Shown piece by piece: positions 37,790 to 47,420 of a DNA stretch of 64,000 bases. The DNA comes from an uncultured Gammaproteobacteria bacterium (GTDB lineage: Bacteria; Patescibacteriota; Microgenomatia; Levybacterales; GWA1-39-11): the NCBI GenBank assembly GCA_964406795.1, contig CAYOTA010000002.1, positions 81,549-145,548 of the forward strand, in the 5' to 3' direction. The position numbers were made by a program, and so were the translations under genes. The notes beneath the pieces are model-generated. The model worked only from the letters and a program-made list of their open reading frames with translations, had not been told where the DNA came from and made no database searches. Numbering within the stretch: the stretch's first letter is position 1; every line of letters begins with the position of its first letter.

Positions 37790-39789
37790 TATTGTTGATT
37801 AACGTATCTAATTTTGTCCCTAAGCAGCGCTGCTGTTTCAAAGTCCAAAGACTTGGCTGCTTCCTTCATTTCTTTTTGCAAACGCTTCAATACTTTTTTC
37901 TTTTGGTCGGGTAACAAGACGTCCCGATCCATAAGTGGTTTAAAATCATCTAATGTCTCTTCTTTTTTAACAAGTTTTTCCCGAATCGCTTTTTCCACGG
38001 ACGTTGGGGTTATTCCATGTTTTTCGTTATACGCCAACTGAATTTTGCGTCGTCTGTTAACTTCTGAAACAGCGGCTTTTATAGAATCTGTTTCAGTGTC
38101 AGCATAAAGAATTACTCGAGAATCAACTCTTCTTGCACCACGTCCCATGATTTGGATAAGAGATGAGCGGGAGCGAAGGAACCCTTCTTTATCTGCATCT
38201 AAAATTGCAACCATTCCTACCTCAGGTAAATCAATTCCCTCCCGAAGCAAATTAATACCCACCAACACATCATATTTTCCGGAACGCAAATCATCTAGTA
38301 CGTCTTGGCGAGCAAGCGTATCAATATCTGCATGCAGATAGGTAACTGCAATTCCCTCCTCTTCCAGATAAGATGATAATTCTTCAGCCATTCTTTTCGT
38401 AAGTGTTGTTACTAAAACACGTTCTTTTTTTAGAATGGTTTTTTTAATTTCAGATAGTAAATCCAAAATTTGTCCATCAGTTTTCCTAACTTGTACTTCA
38501 GGGTCTACAATTCCTGTAGGCCTGATGAGCTGCTCAGCAATATTATCACTTCCTGCCTTTTCCATTTCTAGCTCATTTGGAGTGGCACTCATATAAATGG
38601 TCTTGTGTATTTTTTGCAAAAACTCTTCGTTGGTAAGCGGTCTGTTATCAAAAGCGGAAGGAAGCCTAAAACCATAATCAACTAACATTTGTTTACGTGC
38701 ACGGTCCCCATTATACATACCTCTAATCTGAGGCAACGTTATGTGTGATTCGTCAATAATTAAAAGCCAGTCTGGATTTGCCTTTTCAAAGTACTCTAAA
38801 AGGGAGAATGGAGCCTGTCCGGGCGCGCGTCCATCAAAGTATCTGGAATAGTTTTCAATTCCATTTACAAATCCCATTTGCCCAATCATTTTTAAATCAT
38901 ACTCAGTCCGCTGCTGAATTCTATTTGCCTCTAATAATTTATTTTGTAATTTTAACTCTTCAACCCGCAGCGCCAAATCCCGCCTAATTTGCTCAAATAC
39001 ATCTTTATAAAAAGATGGATCAGTTACATAATGCTTGGCAGGATATAGAACAATTTCACTTTTATATCCGGTTTTTTCACCGGTTAACGGATCCAGGATT
39101 TCAAGTTTTGTAATTTTGTTATCAGTCAACACAATTCTTATGACATAGTCGTCGTATGCTGGCTGAATTTCTATAACTTCACCCTTTACTCTAAATGTAC
39201 CGCGCTTAAAATCATAGTCGTTTCTGGTGTACATTAAGTCCAAAAAACGCTCAAGCATATGTTTTCTGTCATATTCGTCACCTACTGAAAGTTTAAAAAT
39301 AAATTTACCATACTCATTTGGTGACCCTAGGTTATAAATACTGGAGACTGATGCCACAACAATTGTGTCGGGTCTTGTTAATATGTTTGTAGTAGCAGCT
39401 AAACGCAATTTATCTATCTCGTCATTAACTTGGGTTTCTTTAGCAATGTAGGTGTCAGTGGTAGGAATGTATGCCTCTGGTTGGTAGAAATCGTAATATG
39501 ACACAAAGTATGAAACAGCATTTTCTGGAAAAAAGTCCCGCATTTCCTGATAAATTTGAGCGGCAAGTGTTTTATTGTGGGAGATAATAAGAGTTGGCTT
39601 TCCGTAATTTTTAATAACGTTTGCAATTGTAAAAGTTTTACCACTACCGGTAACTCCCAGGAGTACTTGATCCTTTTTATCTTTTTCCAAGCCATTTGAA
39701 AGCTTTTCAATAGCTGTAGGCTGGTCACCAGTAGGCTTAAATTTTGATTTAAGTGTAAAAACCATATCTATCCCTAATTTAGAGAGCAT
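37789..39789 (-). CDS. uvrB: excinuclease ABC subunit B
   Basis: Helicase motif I GVTGSGKTFT, beta-hairpin region, motifs V/VI (ILDADKEGFLRS; QIMGRGAR), C-terminal UVR domain; 666 aa. Confidence 0.95.
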   Translation of the reverse strand: MLSKLGIDMVFTLKSKFKPTGDQPTAIEKLSNGLEKDKKDQVLLGVTGSGKTFTIANVIKNYGKPTLIISHNKTLAAQIYQEMRDFFPENAVSYFVSYYDFYQPEAYIPTTDTYIAKETQVNDEIDKLRLAATTNILTRPDTIVVASVSSIYNLGSPNEYGKFIFKLSVGDEYDRKHMLERFLDLMYTRNDYDFKRGTFRVKGEVIEIQPAYDDYVIRIVLTDNKITKLEILDPLTGEKTGYKSEIVLYPAKHYVTDPSFYKDVFEQIRRDLALRVEELKLQNKLLEANRIQQRTEYDLKMIGQMGFVNGIENYSRYFDGRAPGQAPFSLLEYFEKANPDWLLIIDESHITLPQIRGMYNGDRARKQMLVDYGFRLPSAFDNRPLTNEEFLQKIHKTIYMSATPNELEMEKAGSDNIAEQLIRPTGIVDPEVQVRKTDGQILDLLSEIKKTILKKERVLVTTLTKRMAEELSSYLEEEGIAVTYLHADIDTLARQDVLDDLRSGKYDVLVGINLLREGIDLPEVGMVAILDADKEGFLRSRSSLIQIMGRGARRVDSRVILYADTETDSIKAAVSEVNRRRKIQLAYNEKHGITPTSVEKAIREKLVKKEETLDDFKPLMDRDVLLPDQKKKVLKRLQKEMKEAAKSLDFETAALLRDKIRYVNQQ

Positions 39790-39862
39790 ACTATTTTACC
39801 ACACTCGCGATTTAGAAAAACTATGATTAAATAATAACTATAGATAATAAAAACTTGACATT

Positions 39863-40660
39863 AAGGTTTGACCTTGAGTATGCTTAACGAAGGTCAAACC
39901 TTCACGACGAACAACTGTGAATAAACCTTACTACAATGCCGTCAAAAAATATAATAAAAACTTATTATAAAGGCGCCTACTTTCATGTCTACAATCGTGG
40001 TGTTGAAAAGCGTTCAATCTTCATAGATGAACAAGACTGTCAGGTGTTTTTAAGATATATCAAACTATACTTATCTCCTTTGGAATTTGTAAACAAAATG
40101 GGAGAGTCAGAACCAAAAATCCGAAGATTTTTTAAATTAAATCTGAAAAATGATGTAGAGCTTTTGTGTTTTGCACTTATGCCTAATCATTTTCATATGC
40201 TGTTAAAGAATAAAAGCGAAAGGGGTATTCCAATACTAATGCAACGCGTTATGACTGCTTACACAATGTATTTTAACAAAAAATATAACAGAATTGGTGC
40301 CTTATTCCAAAATGCATACAAAGCATCCCCTGTCTTACATGACTCATATCTGCTTCATCTCACCAGATACATTCACAATAATTCATCACGAATTCAACCA
40401 AAGCAAATTAATTTCATGAACTATTCTTCATATCCTTATTATCTAGGAACACTTGCATCAGAATGGCTAAATACAACTTTCATATTAGATTACTTCAAAA
40501 ATACAATCAAAGCTACAAATACGATCGAAGCATATAAAAGCTTTGTTGAAATGGACATCACAGACTCTATAAGTGTGCTTAATTTAAATAACTTAATACT
40601 AGAAAATGACCTATGTATTTAAGGTTTGACCTTCAATGAAGCAGAATAAGGTCAAACCTT
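39863..40660. mobile_element. IS200/IS605-like or REP-associated Y1 transposase (RAYT) unit: hairpin - tnpA - hairpin
   Basis: HuH transposase ORF bounded by two hairpins with identical 13-bp arms AAGGTTTGACCTT/AAGGTCAAACCTT (39863-39902 and 40621-40660), each with a different 14-nt loop. Confidence 0.6.
39936..40622 (+). CDS. IS200-like / REP-associated tyrosine (Y1, HuH) transposase
   Basis: HuH motif LCFALMPNHFHMLL; later Tyr-containing helix (LHLTRYIHNN); Transposase_17-like fold; 228 aa, longer than classical 140-aa TnpA. Confidence 0.65.
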   Translation: MPSKNIIKTYYKGAYFHVYNRGVEKRSIFIDEQDCQVFLRYIKLYLSPLEFVNKMGESEPKIRRFFKLNLKNDVELLCFALMPNHFHMLLKNKSERGIPILMQRVMTAYTMYFNKKYNRIGALFQNAYKASPVLHDSYLLHLTRYIHNNSSRIQPKQINFMNYSSYPYYLGTLASEWLNTTFILDYFKNTIKATNTIEAYKSFVEMDITDSISVLNLNNLILENDLCI

Positions 40661-40879
40661 TATTAGAGCATATACATTATAAAGTCTCGAATCTTTTTTA
40701 AATAACATTTTGACCTAGTTTTATTATTTTTGATATCTTGTATTGTTCTAGAATATTTCGTATATTTTTCATATACCTATGACAGCTGTACTACTTTTTG
40801 AACGAAGTGAAAAAAGCAAGCAGGGAATCGAAATAAACACTATGAAAAACCTACAAGATAAAGGAGGAAGCCACTAATT

Positions 40880-41524
40880 ATGACAGCGGTCTTATATAAA
40901 AAAGAACGGGAACTTTTAAACTTTATCATCCAATTCCAAGAACAAAATGGATACTCTCCTACTCTCAAGGAAATGGCTGAAGCAACCGGTAAAAGAAGCG
41001 CTTCAACCATTCATGCTTTAATCCGCACCATGGTAGATAAAGGATATGTTCAAAAGGTTGAGGGAAATTTACGCACACTTAAAGTTTTAAAAAAGGATTC
41101 GCTTGGCAAACTTATGGGTCCTACTACAAAAGCTTTGGGACCGTCCATTGCACTCCCACTCATGGGCTTTATTGCAGCAGGAAAACCTTTAGAACCATAT
41201 ACAGATCCTGAAGCTACCTTTGCTGTGGCGTCTAGCATGCTGTCTGGCACAAAAACGTCCTATGTGCTCCAGGTAAAAGGCTCTTCTATGATAGACGACG
41301 GCATTTTAGATGGAGACTATGTAGTTATAGAAAAGTCAGATTTAGCACATAACGGGGATATTGTGGTGGCACTTGTGGACGATTCACTTGCAACACTTAA
41401 GCGTTTTTATAAAGAAGGTGAACAGGTAATTCTCAAGCCTGCGAACGCTACCATGGAGCCAATTTATCCTAAAAGCGTTCGCGTACAAGGCAAGGTTGTG
41501 GGTCTAGTCCGCCGCTTTAATTAA
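40880..41524 (+). CDS. lexA: LexA repressor (SOS regulon)
   Basis: N-terminal winged HTH, Ala-Gly autocleavage site GFIAAGKP, S24 peptidase Ser (VKGSSMIDDGI) and Lys (ATLKRF); SD AAGGAGGA at 40861-40868. Confidence 0.9.
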   Translation: MTAVLYKKERELLNFIIQFQEQNGYSPTLKEMAEATGKRSASTIHALIRTMVDKGYVQKVEGNLRTLKVLKKDSLGKLMGPTTKALGPSIALPLMGFIAAGKPLEPYTDPEATFAVASSMLSGTKTSYVLQVKGSSMIDDGILDGDYVVIEKSDLAHNGDIVVALVDDSLATLKRFYKEGEQVILKPANATMEPIYPKSVRVQGKVVGLVRRFN

Positions 41525-41528
41525 CCTC

Positions 41529-41921
41529 ATGAATTACAAGGGTGTAATAATCGAAGAAAGCTTAGATGACAAATCAGTACTTGAGGAAGTTAGCATTCTG
41601 GACACAAAAATCGAACAAGTGACGAACAGTCATAAAACTCCTTGGGTCACTCAGTGGACACTTCATACTGTTGAAATTCCTGAAGATAAAGCAGATGAAA
41701 TAGCTAAAAGAATTTCCGAGTCTATAGACACCTCTCATGAAAACTCGTGGTACGCAGACTTTAATAATGATAATGTCCATTATGTTATTTTCTCTAACAA
41801 GGTCTTTAAAATTCTTCTAGGCGATACTGCTGCTTATGAAAATGCTAGGGCTTATGGAGTAAAACTAGGAATACCTGTATATCAGTTGGCGTTTGAAAAA
41901 CTTGTCAAAAGGCAGAATTAA
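41529..41921 (+). CDS. hypothetical protein co-operonic with lexA
   Basis: 130 aa, starts 4 nt after lexA stop; no recognisable motif. Confidence 0.5.
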   Translation: MNYKGVIIEESLDDKSVLEEVSILDTKIEQVTNSHKTPWVTQWTLHTVEIPEDKADEIAKRISESIDTSHENSWYADFNNDNVHYVIFSNKVFKILLGDTAAYENARAYGVKLGIPVYQLAFEKLVKRQN

Positions 41922-41937
41922 TAGGTATTGAGGAAGT

Positions 41938-42657
41938 TTAGTTTTCTTCTTCGTTTACTTCTTTGATTGTTTCTTTTACTTCTTTGTAGTTTGCGTGCTT
42001 GAGCCTTCTCTTTGACATATGTGCTTCGTATTTGTGCTTTCCTATTTCATACGCCACGGGAACAAGCGAAAGTGCTACTATGATAACAACTGCATAGTGA
42101 AAATTCTCCTTCATAAAAGGGAGTCCTCCAAAAAAGTATCCTGCAAAAACAAGGCTAGTTACCCATATGATGGCACCAACTATATTATACGTAATAAATG
42201 TTTTATAGTTCATCTTCCCAACTCCAGCTACAAAAGGCGCGAATGTGCGAATCAAGGGGATAAACCGAGCCAGAATTATAGTCTTACCACCATGTTTTTC
42301 ATAAAACTCACGTGTTTTTTCCAAATACTCTTTTTTAAAGATTTTGGAGTTCTCTTTTGCAAAAACTCGAGGGCCAATTTTGTTTCCTATCCAGTAATTA
42401 AGTGAGTCTCCCAAGATAGCAGCAATAAGAAGTGATACATAAAGAACAAAAATATCCAAATACCCCAAACCTGCTAGCGCGCCTGCTGCAAAAAGAAGTG
42501 AATCTCCAGGCAAAAATGGTGCAACCACAAGTCCAGTTTCAGCAAAAACAATTCCAAAGAGAATTAGATACGTAAACGGACCAAAAAGATTAATGATGTT
42601 TGAGAGATGCTGATCAAGATTCAAAAACAAATCAGCAACTGTAGTTAATGCTTCCAT
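41938..42657 (-). CDS. DedA/TVP38 family membrane protein
   Basis: DedA motif region FAETGLVVAPFLPGDSLLFAAGALAG; charged C-terminal tail. Confidence 0.8.
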   Translation of the reverse strand: MEALTTVADLFLNLDQHLSNIINLFGPFTYLILFGIVFAETGLVVAPFLPGDSLLFAAGALAGLGYLDIFVLYVSLLIAAILGDSLNYWIGNKIGPRVFAKENSKIFKKEYLEKTREFYEKHGGKTIILARFIPLIRTFAPFVAGVGKMNYKTFITYNIVGAIIWVTSLVFAGYFFGGLPFMKENFHYAVVIIVALSLVPVAYEIGKHKYEAHMSKRRLKHANYKEVKETIKEVNEEEN

Positions 42658-42722
42658 AATATAATTATAAGCAGAGTTTGGTACTTATGCAAGAAAAACC
42701 GCAAATCTAGTATAATAGGCAA

Positions 42723-43418
42723 ATGGACGGAACACTTTATATTATTGCAACCCCTATAGGAAATTTAGGAGATATAACTCTGCGAGCAATTGATACGCTC
42801 AAATCAGTAGACCTTATAGTGTGCGAAGACTCACGCCTTTCTGGAAACTTATTGCATCACCTGGAAATTAAAAAAGATTTTTTTGTTTTAAATGACGTAA
42901 ATGAAGACAAGAAAATGTACGAGCTTATTGAAAAATTAGAGCAAGGAACACAAGTGGCTCTCATTTCTGACGCTGGTACTCCCCTTATATCAGACCCTGG
43001 ATTTAAACTAGTTCGTGAATGCGTAAAGCAAGGAATTAAAGTAATCCCGATTCCTGGACCAAGCTCTATTATTACAGCATTATCTGCAAGCGCTCTACCC
43101 ACTGACAAATTTTTATTTTTAGGCTACTCTCCTGACTCTGAAGAAAGAAAAAGAAAATGGTTTTTAAGTATAAAAGAAGTTGTTAAAACCAGCGCTGATC
43201 ACAAATTAACTCCTACCGTTGTGTTTTTTGAATCCCCGCATAAATTATTACGAACTTTGGATGCCATACATGAAAGTCTGGGAGATATAGACTTGGTTGT
43301 AGCCCGAGAAATGACTAAAATATATGAAAAATTTTTAAGAATGAAAGTCTCAGAGTTACAAGAGCATTTTAAAACAGTATCTCCAAAAGGCGAATTCGTA
43401 ATTTTATTTAGACTTTAA
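42723..43418 (+). CDS. rsmI: 16S rRNA (cytidine1402-2'-O)-methyltransferase RsmI
   Basis: Tetrapyrrole-methylase fold N-terminus GTLYIIATPIGNLGDITLRAIDTLKSVDLIVCEDSR; 231 aa. Confidence 0.85.
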   Translation: MDGTLYIIATPIGNLGDITLRAIDTLKSVDLIVCEDSRLSGNLLHHLEIKKDFFVLNDVNEDKKMYELIEKLEQGTQVALISDAGTPLISDPGFKLVRECVKQGIKVIPIPGPSSIITALSASALPTDKFLFLGYSPDSEERKRKWFLSIKEVVKTSADHKLTPTVVFFESPHKLLRTLDAIHESLGDIDLVVAREMTKIYEKFLRMKVSELQEHFKTVSPKGEFVILFRL

Positions 43419-45671
43419 GCGTGCCAGGAGTTTTTTCTCAGCAGTGTGAACTGATAGCCTAGCTTGATCTACCGCGTCAGGGGATACTGAGATACTGTGA
43501 ATTCCCCAGGACACTAATTTTTCAACCAATTCTGGATATTCTGACGGAGCCTGTCCGCACATTCCTGATTCTATTCCATGCTCACGGGCAGCTTTAATAA
43601 CACGCTCAAAAGACCACAGCATAGCTTTATTTTGCTCATCAAATTCAGACTCAACATCCTGATTATCCCGATCCACTCCCAGTGTTAACATGGTCAAATC
43701 ATTAGAACCAATTGACACACCGTCTATTCCTTCGTTTATGAAATCGTCAATAAGAATTACATTAGATGGAATTTCTACCATCATAAATAATTTAAACGTG
43801 TGAGACCGCTTCAGTCCGGCATCATTAATAACCTTTTTAACAAGACGTAGATTGTTAACAGTTCTCACAAACGGCAACATCATGCGCAAATTGGTAAGTC
43901 CCATTTTATCCCGCACTTGCTTTATGGCAGCCAGCTCTAACTCAAATACACGCTTATCATGGATATATCTAAAAGCCCCTCTGTATCCTAACATAGGATT
44001 TGCTTCTTCAGGCTCAAACTGTTTTCCACCTATTAAACTTTTATATTCATTTGTTTTGAAATCAGTAGTTCTATACAAAACAGGACGAGGATAAAACGTT
44101 TTACAAAATGTTGCTATGTCATGCGCAAGTCTATGTGTAAATTCTTTTCCCTTTCCTTCCTCTATAAACTTTTTAGGATGCTTACCTATATGCGCTATGA
44201 TAAACTCGGCTCTTAAAAGACCAATTCCGTCCACCGGATAGGTTGCAATCTTAGAGGCAAGTTCAGGTTCTGCCAAATTAACATACACTTTTGTAGCTGT
44301 TTTTAAATCCTGATGCTCTTTCTTTTTAATATCCACTTTTATACTGCCGCTATAAATATTTCCGGTAGAACCGTTTACTGTAACAACCATGCCGTCTTTT
44401 AATTTACTTATAGCCAATGGTGCGCCTACTACGGCCGGTATTCCATATTCCCGTGACACAATAGCTGCGTGTGATGTGCGTCCACCTTCTTGGGTTATAA
44501 TAGCTGCAGCCTTTTTCATAATGGGCACAAAATCCGGATTTGTAGAGGTTGCAACTAAAATCATTCCAGGCTTAAATGATGAAGTGTCTGAAACCTTTTT
44601 AATAATCTTTACCGTTCCAACACCAATCCCCGGACTTGCTGGACTTCCTATAAGAATTGCATGTTCTGAAGTGGATACAGTTCCCATTACAGAACCTTGT
44701 TTATTTTGGGCTCGTTCTAGAGTTGTAATAGGACGCGTTTGAACTATATAAACTTTTCCTTTTTCCAGCGCCCATTCTATATCCTGCGGAAAATAATAAT
44801 GTTTTTCCAATTCAATTCCTAGCTTTGCAAGAACGTCAATTTGCGCGTCCGTTATCTTTTGTTTTGCTAAATCTGCTACAGCTATTTTTACTTCCTTGTT
44901 TTCATCACCTTGTTTTACAAGTTTTACCTTTTGCTCTTTTACCTGCTTGTCAATAATTTTCAAATCAAATTTACTCACCTCATAATGATCCGGAGTTACC
45001 GTTCCTTGCACTATATACTCACCTAACCCGTAGACTGCTTCTATGATTACCCGCTCACGGCTACCGGAAACTGGATCTGCGGTAAACATAACCCCACTCG
45101 TGTCAGACTGCACCATCCGCTGCACTACAAGCGCTATGCCTGTTTTTAAGTGGTCTATATGCGCTTCATGTCTATAATAAACGGCTCGCGCTTGAAATAA
45201 TGACGCCCAAGCCTCTCTTACTTTTTCAACTAAAACCGTCTCACCTACTACGTTTAAAAATGTATCCTGCTGTCCGGCAAATGATGCCTCCTTAGAGTCT
45301 TCAGATGTTGCACTGGATCTAACAGCCACTAATACGTTTTTTCCCAATTTTTCGTACTCTTTAAAGATTTCTTTTACAATACTTTCAGGCACAGGAGATT
45401 CTAGTATCATGCGTCTGATGTGAGATGACACTTGAGATAAAGCGTGTGAATTATCAAAATTTATAGTACCCAGTAAATGCTTTATTTTAATATCTAGCCT
45501 GTTTTCTTTGAGAAATTGTGAATATGCGCGCGTTGTAATTGCAAAGCCGCCTGGAACGGGAAACTTATTTTGAATCATTTCTCCCAGATTGGCAACTTTT
45601 CCTCCTACATACTTCACGTCATGCTTGTCGCATGCGGATAAATTTATAACTATATCTGAGGCTTGTACCAT
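43404..45671 (-). CDS. ppsA: phosphoenolpyruvate synthase (pyruvate, water dikinase)
   Basis: ATP-grasp N-domain (VGGKVANLGEM), phosphohistidine mobile domain GGRTSHAAIVSREYGIPAVVG, PEP-utilising C-domain; 755 aa. Confidence 0.8.
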   Translation of the reverse strand: MVQASDIVINLSACDKHDVKYVGGKVANLGEMIQNKFPVPGGFAITTRAYSQFLKENRLDIKIKHLLGTINFDNSHALSQVSSHIRRMILESPVPESIVKEIFKEYEKLGKNVLVAVRSSATSEDSKEASFAGQQDTFLNVVGETVLVEKVREAWASLFQARAVYYRHEAHIDHLKTGIALVVQRMVQSDTSGVMFTADPVSGSRERVIIEAVYGLGEYIVQGTVTPDHYEVSKFDLKIIDKQVKEQKVKLVKQGDENKEVKIAVADLAKQKITDAQIDVLAKLGIELEKHYYFPQDIEWALEKGKVYIVQTRPITTLERAQNKQGSVMGTVSTSEHAILIGSPASPGIGVGTVKIIKKVSDTSSFKPGMILVATSTNPDFVPIMKKAAAIITQEGGRTSHAAIVSREYGIPAVVGAPLAISKLKDGMVVTVNGSTGNIYSGSIKVDIKKKEHQDLKTATKVYVNLAEPELASKIATYPVDGIGLLRAEFIIAHIGKHPKKFIEEGKGKEFTHRLAHDIATFCKTFYPRPVLYRTTDFKTNEYKSLIGGKQFEPEEANPMLGYRGAFRYIHDKRVFELELAAIKQVRDKMGLTNLRMMLPFVRTVNNLRLVKKVINDAGLKRSHTFKLFMMVEIPSNVILIDDFINEGIDGVSIGSNDLTMLTLGVDRDNQDVESEFDEQNKAMLWSFERVIKAAREHGIESGMCGQAPSEYPELVEKLVSWGIHSISVSPDAVDQARLSVHTAEKKLLARLKSK

Positions 45672-45710
45672 TCACTTATTTTGTAGTTTTTTGCGGAATT
45701 TTGCAAGTCT

Positions 45711-46595
45711 TCAGTTTGTGAATTCAACTGTTGAAAGAAGTAAATTTAAATATGGGAGAGTTCCTGCCGTGTCTTGCTGGGGCGCAAACCTAATTGCATT
45801 TGAAACACCATCTAGCACATACACTTCATAATATTGGACATTTGGAAACGCAGAATAGGTAATGGTTCGCTCAAGCGCCTGATATTCATTTATGGTAATG
45901 GGGTTGGAAGACAAAACTGTGGTTGTTCCCATGTTTGCTGTTCCAATATACGTGCTGTTTGCGGCATTAAGTGCTAACTGTGTTTGAAGCTGGGCAATAG
46001 TTGTAATTCCCACCTGCTCAAGTCTTCCAATATATATGGAAAAATTTCCGGTAGGACTTGTAGGCGGAGTTGAAGAGACAGCATAGTTTTGGACATACAT
46101 ATATGGAGCGCCTGATGTTGCAGCTACATTTGTAAACCAGCCTGTTGGATAAGAAAAGTTAAGATATACAGCGCTAAAATTATATGGTGTCCAATTTGCA
46201 GTTTGGCTGCTCATGCCTGTGGGAGTTGGAGTTGTTTGAGCTAATACAGGTGTTGGACTCCCTGTAGGCACAAATAGTGTAGGTGTTGGACCTTGGCGAA
46301 GTGTTTTCCGTCCTTGGTATTCCGGAAGATCAGTACTATCAAACTGTGATATCTCTGCTTCGGGAATTTTTGGCTGGGTACTTGTTGCAAACATGTATGT
46401 CCCGCCTATTCCCACAAAGGCTGCAAAAGTAATAAGGCCAATTGGAATTAATATACCTTGCTTAGGAATTGAAAAATTAACTTTGGGGAATAATTTATGA
46501 AGAAACGATGCTTGGTTTCCTGACTCATCAGTTCCTTCTGTTTGTGCAGGCTCTGGGGCGGCTAGAGGATCTTGCATCTTGAAATCATCATTCAT
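45711..46595 (-). CDS. membrane-anchored Pro/Thr-rich extracytoplasmic protein
   Basis: N-terminal cytoplasmic segment, single TM (ILIPIGLITFAAFVGIGGTYMF), PT-rich linker, C-terminal domain; 294 aa. Confidence 0.5.
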   Translation of the reverse strand: MNDDFKMQDPLAAPEPAQTEGTDESGNQASFLHKLFPKVNFSIPKQGILIPIGLITFAAFVGIGGTYMFATSTQPKIPEAEISQFDSTDLPEYQGRKTLRQGPTPTLFVPTGSPTPVLAQTTPTPTGMSSQTANWTPYNFSAVYLNFSYPTGWFTNVAATSGAPYMYVQNYAVSSTPPTSPTGNFSIYIGRLEQVGITTIAQLQTQLALNAANSTYIGTANMGTTTVLSSNPITINEYQALERTITYSAFPNVQYYEVYVLDGVSNAIRFAPQQDTAGTLPYLNLLLSTVEFTN

Positions 46596-46646
46596 ATATC
46601 AAGCGTACGTTAAGAAGGGCAGGTTGTCAAGAAAGCTTCAAAATTA

Positions 46647-47419
46647 CTAACTTGTAAAGAGTCTTACTGCTTTGTCATGAAGAGTCCGATTGGTAACTAA
46701 TATCTCATTATCAAACAAACGTGTTGGACTTCCGTCAACCCTACTCGCCTTTCCACCTGCTTCCACAGCAATAAATGTAGCCGCTAATCGGTGTACTGGT
46801 TCTACATTAAGCTCTACATGTATATCAGATAAACCCCGGGCGAGATTACATACGGATGCAGGGAATGATCCAGGCACTTTCCAATAATGTCCCGCAAACT
46901 TTCCAATTAATCTCATTGCTTCTTGAAGATCGTGTCCTTTTGCAGAAGTGTGTGTTGTTATGATGGAGTCCTCAGTATTTTCAATTGTTGAAACAGAAAT
47001 TTTTTCTCCATTAAGATAAGCTCCATCACCTTTTTGCGCCCAATACAGTTCACCCTGCGCGGGAAGACTACATGCACTCACAACTACCTCTTCATCTTTT
47101 ACGAGTGCTATGGATAGTGCAAAGTCTTTAAATCCTCTTATAAAATCATTTGATCCACACAATGGGTCGATAAACCATGTGTATTCACTACCTCTATTTT
47201 GTTGACCCAATTCCTCACCGTTAATATTTTGAGTAGGAAATGTGCCTTGAAGAATTTGGACAATAGCTTTTTCAGACTCTACATCCGCATATCTGAAACT
47301 CTGTCAAAACGTCCTTTCTTTTCAATACGCCCTGCGGTTCTTTTATTGTGATAGTCCAGTAGTATTTCTGAACCTGCCCTTGCAGCATGAAGGGTTGTCT
47401 CTAATTCTCTGCTCATCAT
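46647..47419 (-). pseudogene. inositol monophosphatase family (SuhB-like) gene interrupted by a 1-nt frameshift
   Basis: N-terminal 46 codons (MMSRELETTLHAARAGSEILLDYHNKRTAGRIEKKGRFDRVSD, 47419..47283) are in a different frame from the rest (ADVESEKAIVQILQGTFPTQNINGEELG...WFIDPLCGSNDF..., 47303..46647); frames overlap at ~47283-47303. Confidence 0.55.
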
Positions 47420-47420
47420 T

